From contig NC_068987.1 in NCBI RefSeq assembly GCF_001194135.2, forward strand, positions 81,097,635 to 81,161,634: DNA of 64,000 bases, written 5' to 3'. The position numbers and the translations under genes were made by a program. This document shows, piece after piece, positions 1 through 13,366 of the stretch. Under the pieces are notes generated by a model. It was not told the origin of the DNA. It searched no databases and saw only the letters and a list, made by a program, of their open reading frames with translations. Within the stretch, counting starts at the first letter, position 1; each line of letters opens with the position of its first letter. This DNA comes from Octopus bimaculoides (Eukaryota).

Positions 1-77
1 CTCTTTTTCATACTTGTGAACTATCTTTCAAATATATTTAGTTTCCACCAAGTGCATACTATATTTCATTAAGTAAA

Positions 78-210
78 TCCAGCTGTAGAAACTATGCCAA
101 ATCAGATTGGAACTTGGTGCAGCTCTCCAGCTTACCAGTTTCAGTCAAACCATATAACCCATGCCAGCTTGGAAAGCAGACACTAAATGATGATGATGAG
201 GAGGAGGATG
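78..210 (+). mobile_element. 3' tail fragment of RTE-LINE family (solo, SINE-like)
   Basis: CCAGCTGTAGAAACT..GCCAAATCAGA..AACCCATGCCAGC then (GAT)n; matches the tail at 9240-9400 that follows RTE RT. Confidence 0.7.
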
Positions 211-399
211 AGAAAAAAAAGCAACTAGACTTAATACCATTCCTCTTAGTAACAAACCTAGCCTCAGTGGTTACATCTTTCAGTTGTGTATTTTTAGTGC
301 AAGAACTAATAAGAGTCACCAAATGTAGAGATCTAGTTTATATTTGACAAAGAATTAATCAGTCTTATGGCTCTCCTATTTTTGCAATCAGCTTATCTA

Positions 400-1012
400 T
401 GAGGTGGTATCAAAAGATTCCCAGACTAGTTACGTTTAATAAAAAGTAACTTATTTACCTAAGTTTTAACATCATCTCCTTCAAAATATCCACCTTGCAC
501 AGAAATATACTAGTCCCAGCATTCCTACCATATTTGGAATCCAGTCTGGAAGTTGTTTTCCGTAGGTGAGTCGAAGACCTTCTGAGATTTGCTCTGGATC
601 TCTACAACAATGTTAAAAAACGGCAACTGTTGAGCTGCTTTTTCACCTTGTAGAAGAATTAGAAGTCTGCAGATGATAAATCTGGCAAATAGGATGGGTG
701 TGGAAGCAGTACCTTGTTGTTTTTGGTGAGAAACTTACGAGTGAGGAGAGCTCAGTGACAAGGTTTATTGTTGTGAAGAATCCAATTCTTTGCAGATATT
801 AAGATTGTCTGCATGGGCCCATGTGACAGACCAACAGCATCAGCAATGTCATTGATTGTTCTCCAACGATCCTCATGCACAAGCTAATGAATTTTCTCCC
901 CATTTCCATGGGTGATGCTCGTGGCATGTCTTCCAGATCTCTCATTCTCTTCCAGGGACGTTCTTTCACTTTTGAAGTGCCTATGCCACTCAAAACATTG
1001 CCTATGGCCCAT
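400..1012 (-). mobile_element. Tc1/mariner fragment (3' TIR plus decayed transposase)
   Basis: TA at 398-399 then TGAGGTGGTATCAAAAGATTCCCAGACTAG; reverse complement matches the right end of the 50201-51312 element; minus-strand translation has mariner HTH-region residues (FKS.R.SLE). Confidence 0.85.
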
Positions 1013-1098
1013 TGCCTGGTTGCTAAAAGAAATTTTAGAACGATTGACCAAATGCTATTTGATCAGAAACACTTAAACATGCACAGTATGTAGCATAT

Positions 1099-1338
1099 CA
1101 TGGTATCAAAAAGTTCCTGGACTAGTTCTGTAGCACGCTAACAGATGGTAGCACACAATTGTGTGCACAGTGAGAGCTAGCAGTGACCTTTATGAGGTGG
1201 TGTGCCAAGTGACATTGTTGTGTTTACTTTGCAAGTTGTGAAATTTGTGTTTTTGTGTTTTTGTGATCATGTGTATGCTGTAGTCTGTGATTTTGTCATG
1301 GACAGGAATAAAGAGCCAACATGAAATTTTGTGTTAAA
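1099..1338 (+). mobile_element. 5' end (TIR plus leader) of the same mariner family
   Basis: TGGTATCAAAAAGTTCCTGGACTAGTTCTGTAGC...GTGTTTACTTTGCAAGTTGTGAAATTTGTG aligns to about 50206-50420. Confidence 0.85.
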
Positions 1339-4300
1339 AATTTACAGCTGTAAGTTGCTGAGCTGTATTGATAGCATGATTATCATTAGTATCCTTACTA
1401 TTGTCAGCATTGTAACATATTTTTCAGTACTGGATGGGTAGCGATATATCATATAAACATGTCTTATTTCTGCACTCTCTTATTTTTCGGTCCCCAAATT
1501 CTCAAATCTGATATTTCTTCTTGTGTCTTGTCTGGTTTGTCTATTCACTTTCCAGTGTAACATTCTGATAGAGCTTTCAACCAGCAAATGTGACCCATTT
1601 CTCTGGAATGTCCATACTAGTGTGGTTCCATCAATGCACATTGGCCAATACTTTTAATTTTCTGTTGCTTTTACAGTTTCATTGCATTCAATTTTTCAGG
1701 CAGTTTAATATTACACAACCAACAAATCATTCTCAATAAATCTGAAAATCTCTGGAGATTTATTCTAGGTTCCATATTTCACCACTAGGGAACGTTCCTC
1801 TTCTTACACATGCTTTCTTAGTGTTGTAATTTCTGAAGACCAATGAATTCTCTGTGTAAAAGGCTTGCAAACTGAGGCACAGATAAGGAACAAAATGTTA
1901 CATATCAGTAAACACAGGCACTTTACAGAAGTTGGAGAGGAATGATGTGTGTATATGTTGATTGTACAACTGTAATTAGAAGGAAAGGCAGGTAGATGTA
2001 AATAGATGTAAAATGAAGTGGTTAGACATTAAAATGCATCTACCAGCAATGTTGCATTACTCTTGGTCAACCACAGCTATGTGACCTATGGCATGTGGGT
2101 AGTCAGCCAAATGCTTAAAGATGTTAGCCTGTGCCAGTGCATGCAGAAGTGGTTGCACTGTTATGGATGTATAATGTGGATGGATGACATCTGATAGTTT
2201 TAAAACTGTTGTCTGATGGTAGTGGAAAGTAACAAGAAAACAAAGGAAGAAATAGAAAGTGAAAAAGAAGATATGGGAAGATCCAAGAGTTAGGCCTCAC
2301 TGCAAATGGCACTGTGTAGTATATCTTGCCAAATTAATGTTTACACAGAAAAGCTAAAAAGGTGCTGCTTTTGATGTTGATATTTGGAAGATATTGTATG
2401 AGAAAAACATTTGATTTTAAACATATATTTGGGTAATCATTAAAATATGATTAACATGCTGAGAGTTAATATTTATGATTCAATGGAAGATAACATTTTC
2501 AAATTAAAATGCTCCCAGAATTAAAAAAAAAAAGCAATAATTAGATGTTGTGACTATGAATTCATGAAAAAGATTATAGATATGTCGTAAGGCATTTAAG
2601 AAATTGAGAATTACTAAATTATAACTTTTTAAAAAAAGATGGTGCATTTAATGTTATAGATGAGCTTTAAATTTCTTGCTTTTATTTTCCCCCTGGTATT
2701 CTTCTGTATGAATTAAACTACTAAAATTAGTGTTGAAATAATTTTTTTCAAGCAACATTGATCTGATATCCTAAAACTGTGTTATGTGATGTGTGTCTAA
2801 TTATAACTGGAATAGAATAAAAGTTGTTTTTCATCATTGGGTAACTATCACATTCAGTTCTATATTATATTTTTGATAAATTTTTTGTCTGCTGTAATTT
2901 TGATTAAAAAGTGAAATGAAAATCATTAATGCTCAATAGTCAATTGAATGTTGCTTGTTATAGTGTAACAAGTGAGAAATATTTTAATTACTCTGTTGTG
3001 CAAATCTTTTGTATTCTGTGAATTGAAATATTGCTTTGTGAAGTTTAGCTGTGCTAGATAATTGTTATATTTTCAACCATTAAGACCGCTTTATATACAT
3101 ATATCTTGAAATTTCTTGTATAATTTCTCAAAATGTTTTCCTAAAGGCTATACATACACAATTACTTTTTGTTATTAGTTATTCAAGAGGAGTGAGCCAC
3201 ACCATTTGTGCACCTCACTGTCAGTCTTGATGTTTTGGAGTTTTTAATTACACCCATTTATATTTTGAGTTCAGTTCCTACAAGAATCTGTATGAGTATC
3301 AAGATATACGGTAGCTCAGTTCAGTCACTGTTTTTTTCTTTCTTTTATATAGAACTGTGTACCAAAGAAATCAATAATAAATTATTATACAAAGTAGAAC
3401 AAACAACCAGTTTTGTAGCCATTATTCTTATAACTATTTTTCTTTAAAATGAAAACAGGTTCTAAGATTCTAAGTTTGGACTATTTTATTGCATATAAAG
3501 TAATATAAAAATCTGAGATGGAAAAAATATTATATACTGTAATTTTGTTTTTGAGTATTATAGACAATCAGAAAAGATGATTCTCCCATTAGGCCCATTG
3601 TCTGTAAAGAGAGATATAAGTAGCGATAAGTGTTGTAATGCTTTACTGAAATATGTAAATGTACATTTTCATTAATGAACATTAATGAACATGAATATAT
3701 AAGATTTTCAATTGCCAATAATAAAAATTATTTAAAAAAATATATTTTAGAATTTATAGCTATTTGAAAATATATTTATTTGAAATAATTATATATATTT
3801 TTTATTTTAACAACAATTTAATGATTTGAATGAATCTATTTATTCATCACCACAGGAATTTTTCTTGTATTTTAGAATTATCTTTTGATTTAAGGTATTT
3901 CAGCTCCTGCTTTATTGTAATTTCATGTAATTTTAAAATTTATTTCTTGCTGAAGTACTTTTTACTTTTGGAAAAATAGTTGATGCCACTGGCATGGATA
4001 ACCAAGTCAAGTCCTCACCCTCCAGTAATACAATAGAGTATTGTCAAGTATTGGGTGAAAAAAAAGTCTCACAGAATGTGAAAGAACTTTTCCATTTATG
4101 TATGTATTCAACAACCCGGTTACAAACACATACACAAATCTATGCGTGTACATTCAGAAAAATTGTAATTTCTCTAATTTGGTACTGATGGGCTTCCTAG
4201 GAAATATCATAGCTGACATGATTTTAATCAGCGCTATTTTTTCTTACAATTACATTTTATTTTATTAATAGTTTATAATTTTGATAAAGTCACTTACATA

Positions 4301-4399
4301 TGCACACATGCTGACCTATCACAGACAGCTAAACAAGTGACTGAGTGACTGAAACTATCATCTTGGACATGTAACTTCACATCCTCCACACAACATTAA

Positions 4400-5090
4400 A
4401 TACTCCAAATGATTTGCATGTAGTTGTAGCAGTACAGGCCGAGAACATAGCCTACAATTTCTAGGCAACTCGTACTTCCACAAACTGAGTGGCTTTAATC
4501 CTCTGCTGTAACTCCTAGAAGTCAAAAGATATTTTTAGGATTGACACAGAATGAAAGCTCTCCTTCTCAAATTGTAATCACTCCTTTTGATCCCTTGCCA
4601 AAACTATTACTGCCACTTTGTAGAACTTTTGTTGCCACTTTTCTTCATCTCAGAAGGCTCTCATGGAGAAAGGCTGTTTGCTTTGTATTCACATCTACAC
4701 TGCACTATTATAACAAAGCTCCTCTAAAACCTTTCTTCTTACCTCTACACCAATCTATCTAGTGCATATGCACATACACTACATATGAAAATATCTTCAG
4801 TTGCTTCAAACCAGCAAGACCACTAACACTGTCCCTTCCATTGCTCTCAGATTGTGCACTCCAGCCAAAATATTCTCCCTGCATAAGTCTTTAATCAATC
4901 TCTGTAGAGATCTGCCTAATTTTTAGAAATCTACTTCTGTGTGTTCAACATTAATCTATCACACCTTCTAACATCTCAAAAGTGATGGAGACTATTGCTG
5001 AAGTTGAACATAAACTGCATTAATCTCACCTGTTTTGCTGGACCAGCAAAAGTCATGGATACATCTCCACATCTTCTAACTAAGTCCTAA
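4400..5090 (+). mobile_element. degenerate CR1/L2-type LINE 3' remnant
   Basis: LRRLSWRKAVCFVF resembles the L.L.RR...L.. C-terminal LINE motif; heavily decayed. Confidence 0.35.
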
Positions 5091-6064
5091 AAATATATAA
5101 GTTGATCATCATTTGCTCATTATTTCTATTATTCATCTCTTTATATTTAATTTGTTTAAATTTTGAGTTAGGAATTAACTGGCCAACAAATCAAAATGAT
5201 TTGTTTTGAAACAAAACAATAAAAAATATATAGTAAAGAATAGGGTAGAAATAAATGTATAGTAGGGTAAAGTCAAATTTGGAATTTTCTTATAATAAAT
5301 CATTGCATTTGAAAATTAATAGTGGTAAAAATATTTTAATCAGTTCAATTTAATATACAAGCTGATTAATTTGCGATGTCACACATCCTACCATCATGCA
5401 AGAATAAATGTAGAAAAGGATGTAAATTATTCCATCTGACATTTGAATGGCTATCTTCCTGCAGCTCATGAATCTATTACTGTGAACATTTATTTTACCT
5501 TATCATGCTAATATAAAACATACTGCTTGAGAAAGAGTATATAAATAAGGCTGCACACATTTTCTAATTTAAATAAAATCAAATATGCAAGTCTAGATTT
5601 AAAAAAAATCATTGTTGTATTAAAAGAGATATTTTAATATTTTCATTTTATGAAAATAGTCTTCCAAAAGTGTGTAAACCTCTTTGATTATCTTAGTTAT
5701 TTATGGCACTATGCTATTCATAAAAAAAACTATACCTGACTTCAGTAAAAAGCAAATAAAGAGGTACAGTAATTTGCTATGAGGAACAAGCAGGTAATAT
5801 CTAATATTATGTGCAAAGTCTTTTGTATCTGTCATTTAATTAAAATTCTTAGAAATAAGACAAATTTCTATTGTTATTTTGAAAATTATTTTCTTAAAGA
5901 AAATTATTTATTACATTAATTTTCCTTTCATCTAGAATGATTCAGTATCTTTCATGTGTTGGATGGCCTTGGATGACAGTATTATGTAAATTTCTAGCAT
6001 ACCACCATTACTAGAGTGCAGAGGGTGTTGTAGTTGCTGTAGGAAAAAAAAAAAGAAAAAAGAG

Positions 6065-6067
<3 letters not shown>

Positions 6068-6102
<35 letters not shown>
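6068..6102. repeat. (AC)n microsatellite
   Basis: perfect AC run. Confidence 0.95.
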
Positions 6103-6105
<3 letters not shown>

Positions 6106-6149
6106 GGGAAGACAGTACAGTTATAGGCTACAGGTTGAGGTGTGTTAAT

Positions 6150-7880
6150 TAGTGACTTCTTGGCAATCAGTTGGAAGAAGGAGATTCATATGCTTAGTAG
6201 CAACACTAACATGTAGGAACAATATTCCATTGTGAGTTTCACATGAGCTTTCAGGAGAATCAGTAACTGTTTAGAACTGAATTATTTTCCAGTCTTGAAT
6301 AGGAAGGCTGGTCTATAGGACACAGTTATGCTTTGTTAAATGTGAGATGGCCAGATCGTTAGTGATTGTGAGGTAAAACATTCTAGTAACTTTGAAGTGG
6401 TTTGTTCCATGTTGACTAAGACTGGAAGTGGTGAGATACAAGAGTGTTTCCTTTATCTGACCAATGACTGTACTGTTGTTCTGTTAAAGGAGACCAGGTT
6501 GACACAGTCTCATTGGAGAATATATTCAAGTTCTTTGGTTAATGAGGTATGGTTGGTTTGATGGGAAGAGTCTGGGTTGTGTATAGTTGAGGTGTCCATG
6601 TTGTGCCTGCATGTAAAAGGTTAAGAAGGTGTGAAGAGTTGAATTCTCTATTTAGGAGTTAGTGTTATTAGAGGTAACTGTAAGTAAGTTGCTAATGCAC
6701 AAGAGGAAAAGTGTGAAGGGAAAAAGAAAAGCATAGAACATATCAATGTTGATACCTTGAGTTAGACAGAGATGCATCTGTAACAGTTCAATCTGACTGA
6801 AAGCTTTTAAGATTAGACAGGTGGAGGCCATGGGCTGTAGAATACAATTGAGATACTCATGGCTGACTTGTTTAGATTCTGAAAAATGCAACAACATTGT
6901 TTTGCTGAATTTCTCAAGGACAAGGAGTGATGCAGGAGAGCAATCTTGGAAATCTAGCTCTACAGAGGAAAGTGGTAAAGTGGAGATGGAAAAAATGACT
7001 GTTGACAACTTTTCATCATTTTTGATATGTAGGAAATGAGAGCAATTGCTTGTAGGATTAGAATTTGGTGTTTTCGGAGGAAGGATATACTGTAGCATGT
7101 TTCCAAAGATAGGGATATATCCTGCAGAGAAAAAGATTAAGGTGGCGAGCTGGCAGAAATGTTAGCATGCCGAAAAAAATGCATAGTGGTATTTCATCTG
7201 TCTTTACATTCTGAGTTCAAATTCCTTTCGGGGTTGATAAATTAAGTACCAGTTGCATACTGGCGTCAATCTAATTGACTAGACCCCTCCTCCAAAATTT
7301 CAGGCCTTGTACCTAGAGTAGAAAAGACAGAAAGATTGAAGTGTTTGGCTTGGGAGCTAGCTTTGGATTGCATTACTTAAGGGCAATGAAAGGAACATTG
7401 TCCTGACTGGTTGACTTGTTTGTTTGAAGTGACAGGAAATATTTTAGCACTTGGTGTATGCACTATGGAGTGAAGGCAGAGTGATTTGGAAGAATTATGT
7501 AAAGTGTATGCATTATAGAGGTGATTGCAAAGTAGGAAGTAGTATCTGTGAAAATACAGCTTACAGTGCTCTCATAGCTGAATAATAGCTGACAGGATGA
7601 TTCCACTAAGTTGGTGTACATTTTTTATGTAGAGTCTAAAAAGGTTAGCCTCAATTTGAGGGGATTGGGAGATTGCAGGCTTTGAGGCACATGAATGCAT
7701 TGCATGAACACATTGACTTAATGATGATTTATGGTGAAGAGGAGAAATAGAATTGTATGAATGATTTTTCAAGTAAATAAAAGATAAATAGTCTGATAAA
7801 ACAATAAATTCCATTCCAACTTGGGGAAAATGGATGTAATGTCACTGATTATGATAATTGACCAAAAGTTTTAGACAAAG
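6150..7880 (-). mobile_element. degenerate CR1/L2-like LINE, ORF1/APE-endonuclease region, interrupted by a SINE
   Basis: minus-strand KGNTL (APE PT...GNTLDL-like) near 6450-6470; long ORF 6652-7098; purine-rich + strand. Confidence 0.45.
7138..7327 (+). mobile_element. SINE family B
   Basis: GGTGGCGAGCTGGCAGAAATGTTAGCATGCC..TGAGTTCAAATTCC..TAAGTACCAGTTGCATACTGG..; homologous copies at 41380-41595 (+) and 58751-58966 (-). Confidence 0.85.
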
Positions 7881-7907
7881 TTATAAGAGCCATATATATG
7901 TATATAC

Positions 7908-9367
7908 ATGATTGCCCCTTAGAGCTCCTCTATGCTGATGACCTGGCCCTCATAGCAGAATCACTACCAGGACTAGAGAAGAAATTTCAGGTGTGGCAGC
8001 AAGGTTTAAAATCGAAGAGCCTTAGAGTCAATGTTACAAAGACCAAAGTTCTAGTTAGTAGGAAGGCGAACACATCACACACCCCTTCAGATAGGTGGCC
8101 CTGCTTGATCTGTAGAAAAGGTGGAGGCAGAAACTCCATAAGATTTACCCAGTGTAATCTATGGACACATAAGAGGTGCAACAACATCAAAGGAAGATTA
8201 ACCGGGAAGATAGCTTTCGTGTACGGCAGATGCACAGGGGCAGTAAACACCACAGATGCTCAGAAAACAGATTCCATCACACTCCAGGAGGAGAAACTAA
8301 AAGTAGTTGATAGCTTCCACTTCCTAGGTGACCAAATCTGTAGTGGGGGTGGATGCTCAGAGAGTGTTACCAGTTGAATAAGAATAACCTAGGCAAAGTT
8401 TAGAAAGCTTCCACCCCTACTGGTGACAAAGGTCCTCTCGCTCAGAGTGAAAGGTAGATTGTATGATGCATGTGTGTGAACTGCCATGCTTCACAGCAGT
8501 GAAACATGGGCTGTGACTGCAGAGGACATGCGTAGGCTCGAAAGAAATGAAGCTAGCATGATCCACTGGACGTGTAATGTCAGTGTGCACACACGACAGA
8601 GTGTAAGCGCCCTGAGAGAAATTTTGGACATAAGAAGCTTTGAATGTGTTCTGCAAGAGAGATGTTTGTGCTGGTATGGTCATGTACTCCAGATGGATGA
8701 GGTGAGATGTGTGAAGAAGTTCCACTCCCAAACAGTGAAAGGAATCTGGGGTAGAGGTTGACCCAGGAAGACATGGGATGAGGTAGTGAAGCATGACTTT
8801 CGAACATTGGGCCTCACAGAGGCAATGACAAGAGACCAAAGTCTCTGGAGATATGCTGTGACTGAAAAGACTTGGCAAATAAAGTGAGCTCACAGCTGTA
8901 ACCCACACCAGTGTCACATAACCAGCCCATTCAAAAGTTCCTTGGATCGTAGGGTGACATGCTGTGCTTGAGGAGACCTATTGAGTCAAGTACATCAAAA
9001 TCAAATCAAATCAAATCACATTCAAATGGAAATTGTAGTTGTGATACCCGTGCTGGTGGCATGTAAAAGGCACCACCCAAACGTGGCTGATGCCGGTGCC
9101 GCCTTGACTGGCTTCCATGCCGGTGGTATGTAAAATACACCATCCAATTGTGGTCGATGCTAGCTCTTTCTGGCCCTGTGCCGGTGGCATGTAAAAAAGC
9201 ACCCACTACGCTCTCGGAGTGGTTGGCGTTAGGAAGGGCATCCAGCTGTAGAAACACTGCCAGATCAGACTGGAGCCTGGTGCAGCCTCCTGGCTTCCCA
9301 GACCCCAGTTGGACCATCCAATCCATGCCAGCATGGAAAATGGACATTATATGATGACGATGATGAC

Positions 9368-9400
<33 letters not shown>
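7908..9400 (+). mobile_element. 5'-truncated RTE-clade LINE (RT C-half, 3' UTR, (GAT)n tail), pseudogenised
   Basis: PLELLYADDLALIAES, LRVNVTKTKVLV, Cys/His finger, VDSFHFLGD, LHSSETWAVT, WYGHVLQMD, GRG*PRKTW; in-frame stops; tail ends in (GAT)n at about 9350-9400. Confidence 0.93.
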
Positions 9401-9401
<1 letters not shown>

Positions 9402-10229
9402 GCAAAAGAACCCTGTTTCTCACTTAGCTTTCCTTAGTCAAAATACACATTCCCTAATGGGAACTTCATACCTGAAGTAATGAATAAATCCAACCTTTCC
9501 CCTGCCTTAGAAAGAATTAGAAAGAATGTGTAAGGCAGGAAGAGCAAGGGATAGTGCCCCTTTTTGGAAGATGAGTTTCTTTTCAATTGTCTGACCTGTT
9601 CAGAGTAGCAGCCTAAGTTTTTAGAAATCACACTCTGCCATCTTTAAAAAATGGCTATATCAAACAACAGAATTATGACTAGAATGCCTGTACATATTGT
9701 ATAGGCTAGTGAATAAGACACACTCCTGTAGAAGATGTACAATGATAATGTTTTGGAAAAAAGAAATAATTATAGTTTCATCAAATATTTTGTGAAAGAT
9801 ATTTTAAAGTAGTTTTGTTTGGGAAATTGTATGAGTCTGTACATGTAAATACAATATAGTAACAGTGTACTAGAATAAAGCTTGAAATTATAAAATGTAA
9901 CTTTATACTAACCTTTAAAGGAAACTAAATTAAATTTGCCAAAGCTAATAAGAAATATATTGGTATTACTAAATCTTGGTACATGCAAACAAAAGTACAT
10001 ACACAGGTTGAAAATGAAACATAACAACCAACCAAGTACAATAAATCTGAAAGAATTTGTTTTAATAGTTACAGTACATGCAGACAAATCAAAATTTCAT
10101 TGAATATTAGTATACAGATGCAATTGAAAAACAAAAAAAAAAAAATGAATGCAGTGAACAGTACAATCTACTGTACATAGCAAGCAGCACAAAATCTTGG
10201 AAAATTGTATCATTCACAAAACCTAGAAA

Positions 10230-11430
10230 ATTTTAATTTCAGAAGGTAAATCAGCATCCTCATTCTTATTAATGGTATTCTCATTAACTGGTATCTTTAT
10301 CACTGGAATTATCTGCAATTGAATTTGGGTCAACAGTATCTCTTTCAAACAATGTCATCATCAGTACCCTCAAAAACATTACTAATACCAAGATTTTTTA
10401 ATGATTTCACAAGTATCTTTACTTCCACAGCATTCCAAGGACTTTTCACACACACACACACATCTGTGTAACAGGCCTCTTTCTTCATCATATCTCTTTA
10501 AAATCTGAAGACTGCATCCACTTGCACCACATGTTCCACTTGGATCTTTTCAAAGTTGTAGGCTAGTTAGGTCACTTTGAATTATAGAATTATAGCTCAC
10601 TGGGTTTTCAGTTCTCCTATTTTTCTGGTCCAAACTAATAAGGGTTTTTTTTTTTAACAGCCCACTGGACACCTAGTTCACACTTTATCAAACCACAATT
10701 TCATTCCTTCCTAATTTATCCAACCTTTTAAATAGAAAAATATAAATGCCATTGGATATTCTTTCCTGAGGCAATGTGCTTCTTTTAAAAGGTGGTAGTT
10801 TTATGCTGTCAGCACAACAAACTAATACAAGTGTTATAGCGTGTCTTTTTATAGCCATGTTTTAATAATCACTGATTTAGCTCCCTTCGATTTTTGCCAT
10901 TTTGTTGATGGTATATCAAATATCAAAGGGGCTTAGTTCATGTTTGCTGTCTGTGAAATTTCAAATTAACTTCTTTTTTCTTTAATCACACACCAGTGAA
11001 ACTTAAGGATATTATCAATGTATTCAGGAAGTATTATTATTTTTGTGCTATTCTTGTTCTAGCTCTCATATAGAGGGTTTTTTCTCCTCATAAATCTGGA
11101 TTACCATGATGCTAACTCTCTAAAAGTCAGTGACATCTTTGTCTATTGCTATGACTTAAATAGTATGTAATCATTTGGATGAGTATTGAAGAGCCCATAC
11201 TCCTTTAGTGTATCACCCTTGTCTAGTTCAGGTCACTTTACATTTCCCCTACAGATAGTGTTTGCTACATGTAGCAGCTTTCAGCTGCTCCTATTTCCTT
11301 CAATTCTTCACCATGTGTTCAGTTGGTGGCAACAAAATATTGAGCAGTTGTTCCATTACCATGTTTCTTTGCTTGATAGTTAGCTTCAATTTAATGCATT
11401 AGCAGTACTTTTTTGTTTTTCAACCATAAG
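10230..11430 (-). mobile_element. pogo/Tigger-family DNA transposon fossil (POGK-like: Brinker-type DBD plus DDE_1)
   Basis: minus-strand KKHGNGTTAQYF..PPTEHMVKN*RK, LIFDIPS, TLVLVCCADSIKLPPFKRSTLPQE, KGWIN*EGMKLWFDKV, LGISNVFEGTDDDI; many stops and frameshifts. Confidence 0.85.
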
Positions 11431-12988
11431 TCTGTGAACTCCTATAGGAAATTTATCATAAATAAACTATATTATGAACAGTACTATTTCTCATCTTTAT
11501 CTTTTTTCACACCAGCGGTATACTTATTCATATTTTGTTCAAGCAAATTGCCATACAGAGTGTAAAACTCATATTTTTGGCTGTGATATATTGTATTACC
11601 ATAATTAGCTACCAGGGTGGTGCACAATGGCTGTGGTTTTGTTGTCATCCAGACATTGCAAATAGCTGACAAGCAGATGAAAGTTTAACATTCCTTTCAT
11701 GTTTCTCAGAGCACTTTTCCTGTAGATAATAAACAAGTCGTTAATGTAAAGCATGTATTAGGTATAGGTTATATATGCCGAGGAATAAGGTTCAATGAGG
11801 TAATGTGACTACCCTACATAACTCATGTACCATAAGCAATTTTTTGAAAGTGCATGCAAACAAACTGATAATTTGGTTTGTTTTCAGTATTTTATAAGTA
11901 ACTGCATTTTGTGCTGTGGACTTAAGCTCATCTGGCTTCTTAGCCTACAGTGTTCAGTCTTCCATTTGTAATAGCGTTGCATTAGGTGCAGAGCAATTAT
12001 TTGGTATATTTAAAAGTAGAAAAAGCACGTCTTATACAATGGCAAATACAGTTTATAATTTGATAGATACCACCTGTCACACCCTTCCAAATAATGCGTA
12101 CACACATATATTCAATAACAAATGTAACTAAACTTATGATAAATAGCAGCCAAATTTCCATCTTACATTCGGAAAGGACACTTTAGACAATGTAATTTTA
12201 ATATAAATGAAAGGACAACAATTTACGTATTTCCTAAACTAGTATAAAACTTTCTGGAGGAAGTGTTTCTGTTCATCTAGACTATGCAGATTAGAGTAAG
12301 CTTGGTCTTTAAATTCAGTCATTGAAAGTAACAAATATGTTCTTGTTTTATTAGAAACCCTCAGCAAAATATATTCTACTCAGTTGGCAAGATGGAAAAG
12401 CGATCAGTTTGTATATCAATTTATATAGAGTAAAGTGAATACAGTGATGCTGACTATGAATATCAAACATTTGGGTAAAGGAAAACACTTCAAAGGGGCA
12501 TTCTGCATACAGAATAAAAATAATGCAAGGTTCCACATATGTAGTCTAGTGAACTGATAAAACTTTGATAGTCTAATACTATCTAAGCTATTAATAACCA
12601 TAATTTTGTTAATAGGCAAGGGAAATAATTCCAGGTGTATAAGTTTATGAAAACATTTAGATAATATAAATATAGTACTGGATTTGATCTTTAAAACCAA
12701 CTGGTAAAAACAATGGATCTGTTTTGGTCTCATTTGTTCTTCCACAATTTATATTTCATTCAGTTGGCAAGAGTAAGAGTGATCTGCCTCTGTGTCAGTC
12801 TGTCTGTCAATTTGTATATATAAAAATACAGGGCATAAGGTGATAGTAAATATCAATAACCCAATAATATCTAGTGATATTGATTGTTAATCTAATATAT
12901 TTTATTTTCATTTAAATGATAGAAATAAGTAATAATCTTTAACACTGAAGAAATGATTGATCTCAAAAATATAGAAAAGTCCTGATTT

Positions 12989-13175
12989 TCATCATCATCA
13001 TTTAATGCCTGTTTTCTATGCTAGCATGGGTCAGATAATTTAACAGGAGCAGGCAAGTCAAAAGACTGCACCAAGTTCTATTGTCTGTTTTGATATGGTT
13101 TCTATGGTCAATGTCCTTCCTAATAACAACCACTTTACATAGCGTACTGAGTGATTTTTATGTGGCACCAGCAAC
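12989..13175 (-). mobile_element. solo RTE 3' tail
   Basis: (CAT)n..TTTCTATGCTAGCATGGGT..CCTTCCTAATAACAACCAC is the reverse complement of the RTE tail. Confidence 0.7.
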
Positions 13176-13366
13176 AGTGAGGTCACCAAATAACTCACAA
13201 GACCTCTCAACTGAGTGGGGAGTAGTATTGATTGAAGTGGTTTTGTGTCAGGAGATGAGAAGTCAGAGTATGACTAGAGGGACAAAAATGGATGTCTTGC
13301 AGTAAAGGAGACAGCTAGTTACCTCAGTATGAGAGAGAATGGAGACAAGATGTTGGGGATGTTATA

